Positions 10,807 to 22,499 of a DNA stretch of 64,000 nucleotides are shown one piece after another. A model generated the notes under the pieces. The model searched no databases. It was not told the origin of the DNA and was given only the letters and a program-made list of their open reading frames with translations. The position numbers and the translations under genes were made by a program. Location of the stretch: contig NC_057753.1 in NCBI RefSeq assembly GCF_004010195.1, positions 692,330 through 756,329 on the forward strand. The letters are read 5' to 3'. This DNA is from Chiloscyllium plagiosum (taxonomy: Eukaryota). The number at the start of each line of letters is the position of its first letter. Within the stretch, counting starts at the first letter, position 1.

Positions 10807-12357
10807 GTAAGGACAGGGTTTTAGCAACCATTCCCACGTTATCACTTTGTGGTAAATATCAACGCAACATGAAACCATAACCAAACATTCCAAGGTTCCA
10901 ACAACTTTAAAATGCACAAAACCTCTTGAAATGAAACAATTTTAAAACATTGCACACGGGTTGACAGGAGAAACAATAATATCCCACAAGCACGTTGGCT
11001 CAAGCAGTGTGAAGTCTGCTGAATCAAAGAACGGAGAGGGCCCTCTTGTGGCACATTGGCAGTTTCTGTGCACTGGACGAAAAGGCGCACGTTTACTTCC
11101 CACCTGCTCCAGAGTGGTGTCTTGATCTATCTGGACAGGTTGATGAGGAAAAGAGGTTAACTAAATATTTATATTGAGAAAAAAGAGTTTCATTGCACGA
11201 ATAAGTCTTGAAGCCTTTTTTTTGACAATATTGAATGGTGATGAGAGGGAGATTAGGTCTCCATGATTTCGTGTCTTGTTCGCTTCAGTCACTGCTTCAC
11301 CTTTGAGTCCAGCTTGAGTGGTTGCTGACAAACAACTCAAAGGTACACAGAAATGTAAATATTTCTGAAGAGTAGGACGAAAGCTCATGAATTAATTTGT
11401 ATACTTCAAAGATTATATTCTTCTGTTCTCTTCCCCCAGAACGTCGCAGGAACTGACAAATAATTTTGCATTTGATGATAATAAGTCATGTGAACTAATG
11501 AATTGGCTTTAATTCCGACTGTCTGCTTAGGTACTGGTTTGCACCCGACTGTGTTATGGGCCGGGCAAAAACCCATTCATGTCTTTAAAAAACGAGTCAC
11601 AATGCTTCAACTTTGGAACACTGATTTCTGGTACACAGGTCTGTGATCAAGGGAATGGATGAACGGGCTGTGACAAACTTCTGGTCATGCACTTGCCGAA
11701 AATTAGCGCGTAGGTTTCAGTGGAACAACTGATTTGACAAATGGATGACAGAAAGTCACATACAACAAAGGAAAAGAGCAAAGTTGCACTGAGCAAACAC
11801 TGCTCATAGATGTGGTAACAAACACTGAGCATGATAACTTCCGTTTGGTGAGCAACCATGCACTAAAATAGCAGGCATTGAGAAGCCCATGCGATAATTT
11901 CGGCCTGCTGATGATTCTTTGAAAGTTAAAGTGGAATAGACTTGTATGATTTCCATACAGTCCCTTTGTTCTATCTTTCATCTGAGGAGTCTTTCTGAAA
12001 ATAAACGTATTTGCACTCCTGCAAAGGGACAAATGCGAGTCTTACATATTTCTTGTGGAATGGGCTGTCTATATTCCATTTCTCCCGCTGATTTACAAAG
12101 ACTGATCAGTCAATGTGAGATTCCTAAAGGAAACTTGCATACCAATACCGTTTGTATATCAATATGGAAATCCATTTTCCTCTTCACAGTAATGGAAGAC
12201 ATTCACATGAAAATGTGATAGTTTTCAATTCAGAACTGCGATGCAAAGGTGTCATTTTTAAAATCATCTCAGCTATACACGCAAAATTCTGAAATTGTTT
12301 GCTTTAATGAGTCATTGTTAAAACTCTAATTTCTGTTTTTAATGCGAGGAGATGGTT

Positions 12358-12670
12358 TTAGATTATATTACTTCCAGTGTGGAAACAGGCCCTTCGGCCC
12401 AACAAGTCCACACCGACCCGCCGAAGCGTAACCCACCCATTCCCCTACATTTACCCCTTTACCTAACACTACGTGCAATTTAGCATGGCCAATTCACCTG
12501 ACCTGCACATCTTTGGACTGTGGGAGGAAACCGGAGCACCCGGAGGAAACCCACGCAGACACGGGGAGAATGTGCAAATTCCACACAGTCAGTCGCCTGA
12601 GTCGGGAATTGAACCCGGGTCTCTGGCGCTGTGAGGCAGCAGTGCTAACCACTGTGCCACCGCGCCGCCC
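12358..12670 (-). mobile_element. HE1/V-SINE (tRNA-derived head, V domain, CR1-like tail)
   Basis: Reverse complement of gggcggcgcggtggcacagtggttagc..., the V-domain gtgtggaatttgcacattctccccgtgtctgcgtgggtttcctccggg, and tail ttgggccgaagggcctgtttcc. Confidence 0.92.
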
Positions 12671-13796
12671 ACAGCCGAAATTTCATTCGGATCAGTTTTC
12701 CCACAATCCCGTTCACCGTCTATCTATTATTACTGAAAAGCTTTGAAGAAGTAATTATCACCAAGACTCATCAGGTGGACCTGATCTTGTATGTTAAATT
12801 GGGCACAATTATTTAATCAAGAATTGAAAATATACCACGACTGAGCTCAGGTTGTCAATCGAAAAATTCATGTTAACAGTCTGCTTGGTTGAATGGAGAT
12901 TTAGTGGAAGAGATTAACTCTGGATGGCTGAAGACAAGCAAGTATTTAGTCTTAAGAGCTTGGATTGTGAGACAGTAATATTAATCAACTCGGGAGTAAT
13001 TTCAGCAATATCCTCTTCACCCAAACAACCTCGCAGAGGCACTGGCATAATTGAAGATCTGCATAAGCTTTATAGTATGCATACAAAATAAAATTAGGCC
13101 ATTAGAGCTGTACAATAGACAAGGAACATGAGTCATCACAAGAGGTATTGGGACTTTCAGAAATAACTAGTAAAGGTACTGATATTTATGGTAATGATAC
13201 AAGCAGAACATTCAAGAACCTTCTTTTCATTGGTATTTTCCGTTATGCATAAATAATGTAACTACTATTGTATTCAGACCCACGATTTAGCTTGAAGACA
13301 TCTAAAAGCATGTTTTCCCCGTCTAATGCGTCCCCTTAACGTTATCTCGATTCTGATAACTGATTCTGTTAGTTTTAGCAACTCCCAGTATCAGAGTTGA
13401 GCTGCAAAAGACATGTAGTCACAAAATTTTATACTTCCTCACTTCACACTCTTCAAAAATAGTTAATTAAAAGAATGAAAAATGCATGCCCTTGATTGAG
13501 AGTGCCCTTGATTGGACTTGAATTATGCAGTAAGTATCCTTTTTTTTACAAATAAAAGGCTCTGCTGACGAATCGGGACAGCAAACTCAGTTTAAAGAAT
13601 GCAATCAATGAAATGCAAGTTGATACCAAGTAAATGTCTCCAATGGTTGGTCGGTCACAGTGCAAGTAATTTTAGCTGTTGAACAGCAGACACTGATGAT
13701 GCGTTTTTTGCTCGTCTGGTATTGGATTCTGTCGAACTACGTCCATGTGACAGCAACTATCTTCTGGCATCCGTAATTGCAATAGTTGAAAGTGTG

Positions 13797-13925
13797 GAGA
13801 AAGTGAGGTCTGCTGATGCTGGAGATCAAAGTTGAAACTTTATTGCTGGAACAGCACAGCAGGTCAGGCAGCATCCAGGGAACAGGAGATTCGACGTTTC
13901 GGGCACAGGCCCTTCTTCAGGAATG
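13797..13925 (-). mobile_element. Short non-autonomous hammerhead-bearing element, single arm
   Basis: 12-bp TSD gttgaaagtgtg at 13785-13796 and 13926-13937. Same family as the 8710, 50551 and 57990 elements. Confidence 0.85.
13889..13924 (-). ncRNA. Minimal type-I hammerhead ribozyme motif (intact)
   Basis: Minus strand reads AUUC-CUGAAGA-A-GGGC(CUGU)GCCC-GAAAC-GUC^GAAU. Perfect 4-bp stems I and II, canonical GUC triplet, loopless ACGU stem III. Confidence 0.8.
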
Positions 13926-14213
13926 GTTGAAAGTGTGCAGTATTCGAATGGAGACAATAGGTATCAATATACCCAAGGCAGAGCAATTTCCAAATTGTGC
14001 AAGAATACATCGCAAATATTACTGAAGTCATATCCATAGCAGTCAGGGCGAATGCAACCAACACGAACAGGAGAGCACAACATGTAATTCACCAAGTCGA
14101 AACTATCAACTGTGACAGATCACAGTAAGTAAAATTATTCCCCATCTCCTGAAGTACTTTGGAATTAATATCGATATTGCAGCCTGAAAACATGCATTCC
14201 TTTCTCGTTCCAG

Positions 14214-14534
14214 ATGAATGCCATCAGCCAGATATTTCTGTCAACCTACTGAAACCTGCGTTTGAAGAGATTTGGACACAAAAGACAGCGACCATCGTTT
14301 GCAAAATCGTTTACAGCCAGTTAGGAAACATCAATGTTGTCTGGCAAGTGAACGGGTCTGAGAGAACTAAAGAAGTCGTGACGGAAAATCCTGATTGGAA
14401 TGGAAGTAAGTTCACCATTGTGAGCAAACTTAAAATCGTGGCGTCAGAGTGGGACAGCGGTGCCGAATATGTTTGCTTGGTCGAAGACAGTCAATTACCA
14501 ACACCAGTAAAAGACTCTATCAAGAAGGCAACTG
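14214..14534 (+). CDS. IgNAR: IgNAR constant domain C4 exon (107 codons)
   Basis: Acceptor tttctcgttccag|AT and donor G|gtaagt at 14535. Translation (D)ECHQPDISVNLLKPAFEEIWTQKTATIVC...EWDSGAEYVCLVEDSQLPTPVKDSIKKAT. Carries the extra N-terminal Cys of the C3-C4 linker. Confidence 0.96.
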
Positions 14535-14799
14535 GTAAGTAGGAATAGTACTGCAATAACATCAAAATTGAATCGATTTCAGAAATCTGAAATGAAAAAG
14601 TAATGTTCTGTAGAAACTGAGGAGGGCTGGCAGAACCGATTGAGAGAAAAATAGGGTGAACCTTTCTAGTCGACTATGTGTCTTTCCAAAAATAATAGTT
14701 AATGTTACTATGAGATGAGCCTGATTCATAAAATTGTCAAATTAAAAAAAATCTGTCAAATCATTAATGCTTTACATTAAATGGTCAGAAGTTAGCATC

Positions 14800-15020
14800 G
14801 GCGAGGTGGATCACTGGTTTGCACTGCTCCCTCCCAGCGCCAAGACCCGCATTCAATTCCAACTTAGGCACCGTCTGTGTGGAATTTTCCCATCCTCATG
14901 TCTGCGTCGGTTTACTTCGGGTGCTCGGGTTTTTTTCCCACAGTACAAAGATGTGCAGATTGGGTGGAGGGGTCATATTCACATATGCGCAGTGTGGGTG
15001 GATGGGTCATGGGAAAAATA
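14800..15020 (+). mobile_element. Degenerate V-SINE in the C4-C5 intron
   Basis: Diverged head (ggcgaggtgg...actggtttgcactgct) and V-domain (tgtgtggaattttcccatcctcatgtctgcgtcggtttacttcgggtgctcgg). Confidence 0.7.
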
Positions 15021-15166
15021 AGGGACGTGAAATGCTGTAGCATTTACAGATATTCGCAAAGTCTTACAGATAGGAAATATTTTATCTATCACATGCATTA
15101 CTTAACAAAGAAATTGTGACACAGACATAAGATGGTCTCAGTTAAGCAATCATCCTCTCTTTTCAG

Positions 15167-15549
15167 ATGGTCAAATGGGTCCTCCTCAGGTTTATCTCCT
15201 GCATCCATCGACTGACGAGATTGACACTGAGAATTCAGCGACTCTGATGTGTCTCGCCACCAGCTTTTACCCAGCTGACATTTACATTGGCTGGATGGCC
15301 AATGACACGCTCTTGGATGCCGGGTACCGGACGCACATGGATAGTGAGAAGGGGAATGGTTCCAACTTCGTGACCAGCAGGTTGAGAGTCACAGCGGCGG
15401 AATGGAACAGTGACATCACTTACTCCTGCTTAGTGGGACACCCATCCCTCAGCCGGGAGTTAATCAGAAGTATTAATAAGTCTCGTGGTAAACCGACATC
15501 AGTTAATGTTTCAGTCGTACTAAGCGACATAGTTAAATCTTGCACGTAA
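15167..15549 (+). CDS. IgNAR: IgNAR C5 exon with contiguous secretory tailpiece (membrane form splices out at 15487; tail GKPTSVNVSVVLSDIVKSCT*)
   Basis: Acceptor ctcttttcag|AT. Translation (D)GQMGPPQVYLLHPSTDEIDTENSATLMCLATSFYPADIYIGW...YSCLVGHPSL. Internal donor G|gtaaac at 15488. Tail has an NVS sequon and a penultimate Cys. Stop TAA at 15547-15549. Confidence 0.96.
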
Positions 15550-15870
15550 CTTGCAGTGATTGACGAACTGTTTTCCGTAGATAGGTTAATGTTGTTATGG
15601 CGATAACTATTTAAGCAACCAAACCAATGTATTTTTAATTCATTGCATGCAGCGGTCGCATTTCTGATCAGTGAACATTTTTGTAAAAAGGAGAATGCCC
15701 ACTATTCTAAATTGTATCTGTTGATAAAGGGTAATTAAGGTTAGAATCGGAATTTCCAGGAAAAGCTTGTCCTGTGATTACAATCGTTCAGAAGATCGTT
15801 TGAACGTTCCACACCGCTATGGAAAGAACAGGAAACCGTGTTTAAGTCTGTATGTGGCTCCAATGATTGC

Positions 15871-15876
15871 AATAAA
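15871..15876 (+). terminator. Probable polyadenylation signal for secretory IgNAR mRNA
   Basis: First AATAAA after the secretory stop codon (~320 nt downstream), followed by T-rich sequence. Confidence 0.6.
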
Positions 15877-18800
15877 TGCAGAATGAAAGCTCTTTGACTT
15901 GCTAATTCTTTATTTACATGCATCGTACTTTCAGAAAGATGATTTAGACCTTGATTGAAGTGTTTGTGATAACCATTTTGTGAAACACCAGCACTGCAGC
16001 TTGTTTAAACGTGCAGAACTTTAGACTCGCTCGGGTTCCCTCTGACTAAGCCACAACTAACATAGCCGGTTTTGACAGCACTCTTTCGTTCTCCATTGCT
16101 AATTGGATATTGAGATGTGAAGTGAAATGACTGAAGTTGATGTGATGCCAACTTGTTTCGTTCAGCAATAAGGCATCCAAATTGCCCTCGCCTTCATTTA
16201 TCCCAGTCCTACCAAGTTTTCTACTGCAGTGATGTCCAATTCTAGTCTACAGTTTTCGTGTTGCATCCCTAAGATGATCTATGCTTGAGCCCTCATCCAG
16301 AACAGGCTACATCCAATCCCTCACGCATATCATGCAAATTCAGATTCCAATTCGGCACTGTTACCACATAAATCTCTTTCACAATCGTCTGTTTTTTCCT
16401 CTGTATATGTCCAATACATCCAAAGACGTGAACACACAATCAAAAAGTGCAGAGTCCAAAATCATAGTCCTATATTGTGGTGACTACTCAGGCTCGTCAC
16501 TCATCTGAATCAGTGATGTCTTTGGCCATTTCCTGTGGTGACAGTTGTTTATTTTTCTGACTTTACATTCCATTTAAACTGATTTTCTAAACCGATCACT
16601 GAACCCAGAAGATGACTGCATTTCTTCTGGTTTAATCTGCTTTCAACAACATCATGTCTTTCACACTGACCGTTGACAACACTCGTAGTCTGCTATATAT
16701 TTTCCACTCTCTATAGTCTTAAATTGACACAAAAATCAATTACGTGGCATATGAATTCGCAGGAGTTCCCAATCATCCATCACCACTGAACTATTCAATA
16801 ATGTCCACTCATGCTTCCCTTACAAAATTATTCCTGACGTGTCTAAATTCCTCCACATCCTCTTCCATCACCGTCTCAGTGACCCCTTCCGATTTATTTT
16901 CACTAAAATTTCCGCACCCATGCGGTTCTGGCCTCTTTTACATCCAGATTTTTATTGCCATCACTGTGTTCATTGAATGACATTCAGTCATTCAATTTCG
17001 TGATTGGCGACACTTACCTTCACTTAACCAGTCTTCCCAAATATTCCGATACGGGATGTCTAATTGCACTCGCAAAGCATTATTAATGCATCACCACAAG
17101 ACACCATGCTTAGAACCTCATCCATGTGGAAATCGGCACGCTGGCCCTGACTAAAAACATGCAAATTTAAAGTCCAGCTAGACAATGAACATATCCATTT
17201 GCTGATTATATCGTTGTTGGAATAGCATTGTGGCGTTTACAACCTGTGCACCAAACAGTCAATGTTTCAATTACCAGTTGGTCTGGCAGCCTCTGTGGAG
17301 AGAAAAAAGGAAGAGTAAACGTTTTGTGCGAGTCATCTTCTTTAGAACCAATGAGAAGTGTCAGTCGACCCGAAACGTTAACTCTGATTTCTATCCACAG
17401 ATGCTGACAGATTGCAGAGCCTTTTGATCAACGTCTGCTTTTTTTCTGATTTACAGGGTGCAGAGATTTTTTTATTTTTATCTAAAGTTTTATGCTAGCA
17501 TTTTGCACACAATAAGCTGAGACCAGTCGAGTAGTCTGGGGAATTGATTGCCAGGTGTTTGGTGCTTCTGTATTTACGATGTCTCTTCTCCAAAATGACC
17601 TACATTTTAAAATGACAGGTAAAACTCTTTAACAAACCTTTTATGGCATTTCGAATCTACAAAGCCCAAATTTCACATTGAGCATTCTGTTCTAAGTTTT
17701 TAATAACATATGTGTTCTGAATAGTTTATGGGGGAGGAGTGCTAAGGAGTGTGATTCTGAAATTTCTACATGGTCACGAAGGTGTACACCAATGTGGGGG
17801 ACCACGTTCAGGTAACCTGCATTGGTGAACAGACGTGCCTGACCCGTTGTTCATGAATGTGATGAGACTTCTTACATTCAGCAGTTGTCGCTATTTCATG
17901 ACATGAGATACTTATTCTCAGTAGATTGCATATCTGCGTGTGACACTCTGCTTTGCTCTTCAATGTGTCATCTTTCCATGCTGTCGGACGTATCTGTGCG
18001 TTTTTAGGTCTGATCAATGTGATGTGATAACTGTTCGTGTTTGATTAGTGATTGGAGAGCTGAACTTCAATTGTTTGTTCTGTGTATCCATAGACGTCTT
18101 CTGAATGAGAAAATATCTCTAATGCGGTATGTGGCATCTGTTTGTGCAGTGGCTGTTTCGTTATATAGGAGAAACACAGTGCCACATAGTGTCCCGCTAG
18201 TCCATAGTGTTGGAGGTGTCAGTAACTAGAGCAGATTCCTCAGGTCAACCTGTCTATCCATGTTTGACACTACCTGTCAATTGAAGAATGATGCTGCTAC
18301 TGAAATAGAATCTGTAAATGTATAATCTTGCTTGATTTGACGACAATACAAACTGCTAAGCTTTTGTGTGTGGTATCTCTTCATGTTAAAAAAGAATCTC
18401 GTTTATTGCGGGGTCCGCGACTTTAAATACAGGTTAGTTGATGAACTGTGGAAGTGACCATGCTATGTCAGCGATTTGAGCATAGTTTTCAATCAGGCAG
18501 AACTGCAAATAACGTTCTGGTGTTGCCTACAATCTACTTCTCAAGATCTCAATCGATATCGACAGTGCTGAAATATCTCCTTGCGATCTGAACCCATTAT
18601 TTTTCATCATCTGTTCCTCGGTAACTCGATGCGAACTCATTCAACTCATTGAAGTCCTGTTATCAATTGCACATGAATAAATTAAAAATGATTTGCTTTT
18701 GAGTTGAGATGGATGCCAGTTTCAGATGTTGCTGAGAGTACACAGTAGATCAGTTCAACCTGACAGTGCAGTGATAGGCTAAAACCCTGGATGTGAGCTT

Positions 18801-19419
18801 CTAATTCATTCTGTGAAATAGTTCATTCTGTGATAAGTACAGCACTTCATCGCTTATGATTATTTTGAATATGAAATCCCACTGCCTGAAAACATTATGA
18901 GCAATGATTTCTCCATGTTAACTATACCTGGTGTGAATTAAAGATTTCTTGATGACGGATATTATACTGGCAGTAATTAAGATTAAATTAATTTGAAGAA
19001 AACATGAAGTCAGTCTAAATGGAATATACAAACAATATTTAAGTTGTAGCAATGTTCTTACAAGTGAGTTATTATAATGACCTACATTTGTGCACTCGTT
19101 ACTCCTAAGCTGTGTCAATGATTGTAAGTACAAAATACTAGATTTCCAGCATTGTGAGTAGCACTTAATTATATGGGTCATGATGAGAATGTAAGGAGGC
19201 TCCAAGCTGATACGGACAGCTTGATGTCTGAGCAAGTAGAGAACAGATGGATTAGATTGCGGATTAAGTGCATAGTTCTACTGACTGGCATGACGACTTT
19301 CGAAGAGGAATATCTTTGGAAAGCCAGGAGAATGGGAAATGTTGGCGCTAAAAAGCATCTTGAAAACCTGATTAGAATAGTTATTGAAATCTAACAAATG
19401 CAAGAAAGTGATGGAGTGC

Positions 19420-19700
19420 TTAGAAGGATGGTGTAAAGACAATAATCTCACTCTCAAAGTCAATAAAACGAAAGAGTTGATCTTTGCCTTGTGGAAGTGA
19501 AGCTGAGGGCACGCCCTGGTCTGCATCAATAATGCTCAGGTGGAATTGGTGCAGAGCGTCAAGTTTTGGAAGTGATGATCATCAACAATCTGTCTGGTCC
19601 TCCCATGTCATCTCAATGTTCAAGAAAGCACAACAACGTCTCTACTTCCTCAGGAGTGTTAAGGAAATTTGATATGTCCACAAGGACTCTGACCAATTTT
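19420..19700 (+). mobile_element. Rex1/Babar-like LINE RT C-terminal fragment
   Basis: Encodes NNLTLKVNKTKELI and KKAQQRLYFLR, motifs typical of Rex-Babar ORF2. Frameshifted. Confidence 0.65.
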
Positions 19701-20159
19701 CAGAGGAAGAGAAACAATATTTCTCCACACGTGTAAACTCACGGAACAAATAGACAATTGTAAAACATCACAAGGAGTTATACAAATGTCAAATGGTAGA
19801 GAATACTGTGTCCTTCTGAATTGAGAAACATATACAGTAAGCTGTACTGAACAGGCCTTAAATCTTTAAACGAGAATTGACGTCATCTCTCCTATCCCCT
19901 TACGTTGCCTTTTTCATGTAATCTTTAATATAAAATTAGCAGCTGATTCCGCATTCAGTTAGCCATTTAATGCCTTTGACTTTTCTGGACAGAACAGTGT
20001 AAAATGTAATTCTTTTAGATGGAGTTTATTTAATTGTTATTGGTATCAAGACGCAAGATATTAGTTGCTGATCACCCAATGCGGTTGTCAGCCTCATAAA
20101 GCATTTTCCCCCGAACGTGAAAAGCACATTTGTATGGAACATTAATACATTTTGAAGAT

Positions 20160-21380
20160 ACATAGATTCACAGATTCATAATAGCACAGAAAAGACCCTT
20201 TACTCCATCGAATCTGCACCAACATAACTTACCATTAAATGTGTGCTAATCACAACTGCCTTCACTTGTCCCACATCCTTGAATGTTGTGATATTTGAAA
20301 TACTTATCCAATTTCTTTTTTCAAAGTTTGTAACGTTTCCAGCCTCCGTTACCTTCCCAGGTGGTGCATTGCAGATTCGCACCACACGCTGAGTGACTAA
20401 AGTATTTCTGCTAAATTCACCCTGAACCCTCTGCCCCTTCCCATAAAGTTACTCCCTATTGTTTTTGAACTGGTGCTCCCTATTAGAGACCTTGCCATAC
20501 CTTTCATAATCTTATACACATCAATCATGGCCCCTTCAGTCTTCTTCGTTTTAACGAGAACGATCCATATCTATCTAGGGTCTCCATTTAGCTCAATTTC
20601 TCTGTCCAGTTAACTGTCCAGAAGATTCCTGGTGAATCTTCTGTGTATCCCCTCTAATCCTATCACATCCTTCCTGTCGTGACGTGACCAGAACTGCACA
20701 TCATACTCCAATTCTTGCCAGACTAACATCATGTACAAGTCCAACATTACTTTCTTATAGTCCATACCACGACAGATGAAAGTAAGTGTCTCATGATACT
20801 CCTTCGTCTTATTTCTTCTTCCAAAGTGCACCATCTCGCACTTATCAGGGATAATTACCATGTGCCGCAGGTCTGCCCATTTCAACATCTTATCTATATT
20901 TTCAAATAACCTACAAGGATCTTCACTATTGACCATTCAAACAAACGCGGTGTCTTCTGCACATTTGATTCATATCACCCCGACTTTTTTTTAATCTAAA
21001 TTGCTTATGTATATAACGAACAATAAGGGTCCTCGTACTGATCCTCGTGATGCATCGTTGCACTCAAACCTTTAATTATTCAAACAGCCTTTTACCATTG
21101 CACTTTGTGTCCTATTGCTGAGGCAGTTTCTGTACGAGCACGCCAAATTTCCCTCAAGTCTACGTACATTAACCATCTCAATCAATCTCCAGTAAGGGGT
21201 CTTTCAAAAAAATTGCTACAATCCACACATAAGTTACATCAACTAAACTCTCGCTGTCCACACACTTTATTGCACTTTCAAAATAGTCTAACCAATATGA
21301 TAGGCATGACGTCTCTCTGACAAAGCCATGTTTGCTATTCTCTGCCCTCTTTTGCCTGTTCTGACAACTATGCAATCTAC
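20160..21380 (-). mobile_element. CR1 LINE 3' half, degenerate
   Basis: Minus-strand ORF remnants PDKCEMVHFGRRN, LEYDVQFWS, KHGFVRETSCLS and NAPPGKVTEAG. Confidence 0.8.
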
Positions 21381-21555
21381 TCTGTGATGACAGTCCTATG
21401 ATAGACCATTAATTCCTTTATTTGAATTCACTCAGTCTGATGACAAATGTGCTTAATATCTCACGATTGCCAGTGCCATGATATTACAGATACTTGACCT
21501 GTAATGTTTACTCAACGTGACTAATTTTGCATAAATATTCATCCATTAATTGCAG

Positions 21556-21713
21556 ATAACCCAGAAATAATGGAATACCCAGGAGACTCTGGCAGCGAAG
21601 AAAACGAACGAGAAAATGTCGATGGAGATGCCAACAGCTCCTTATCCATCATGACTTTCGTCATCCTGTTTATTCTCAGTATGCTATACAGCACATTTGT
21701 AACTGTGCTTAAG
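21556..21713 (+). CDS. IgNAR: IgNAR transmembrane exon TM1 (acidic extracellular spacer + TM helix)
   Basis: Acceptor attgcag|AT (phase 1) and donor AAG|gtaatg at 21714. Translation (D)NPEIMEYPGDSGSEENERENVDGDANSSLSIMTFVILFILSMLYSTFVTVLK contains the antigen-receptor CART motif TFxxLFxxSxxYSxxVT. Confidence 0.95.
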
Positions 21714-22291
21714 GTAATGATGCATTTTTACAGCAGAATGACATTCAGCAAATCTACTGCATTCATAGCTGAGATGCGGTTAAGAGGCACATAATAATGT
21801 ATATAAATTTCAAACAAATAACTTATCCTGTATAATGAATGATATCAAACTTGGGCGATTAACTGCCATTTTGAATAAATGTCCTCATTATGACTTTTGC
21901 GCAGAGGAATGCAAACACACATGATGAAATGTGGACTTAAAGAACAAAAATATGTCAGTAATCAAATAATGCTTAATAGTTAGTGTCGACTCATCAAAGG
22001 ACAGACAACGGTTTATAAGGAAATAGTTTGTATTTATTTGTACTAAGCTGGACAAGGTGAAATATATTGATACCTGTGGTTATAAAGGTAACTAAATAGA
22101 TGGAAAGAAGCTCACAAATAATTGTTTCAAATAATTCAAAATCTCCGTGAAGGAATGGGGAAACCATTATTTAATGATGGAGCAGTAGCAGATCACTGCG
22201 AAAAGATGGGAAAAAAAACATGGACATGAGAGGCGGCTTTGCGTGTAAACTACAAGATTCGGTGATGACTTTACAGGATAGAAGCAGAAAG

Positions 22292-22484
22292 GTTTAAAAA
22301 TCACGCCACACCAGGTTGTAGCCCAAGAGTTTTAGTTGGAAGCATTAGCTTTCGGACCGCTGCTCCTATGAAGGAGCATTGCTTTGAAAGCTCGTATTTC
22401 CAAATATACCTGGTGGACTATAAACTAATCTTGTGTGATTTTTAACTTTGTACACTCAGTCCAACACCAGCTCCTTCAAATAAT
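22292..22484. mobile_element. Short palindromic hammerhead-family element (same family as 3049-3227; cores broken by central deletion)
   Basis: 8-bp TSD gcagaaag at 22284-22291 and 22485-22492. Shares tagctttcgga...gaaagct and tttaactttgtacac...ccaacaccagc with the 3049 element. Confidence 0.75.
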
Positions 22485-22499
22485 GCAGAAAGCTTGTTT

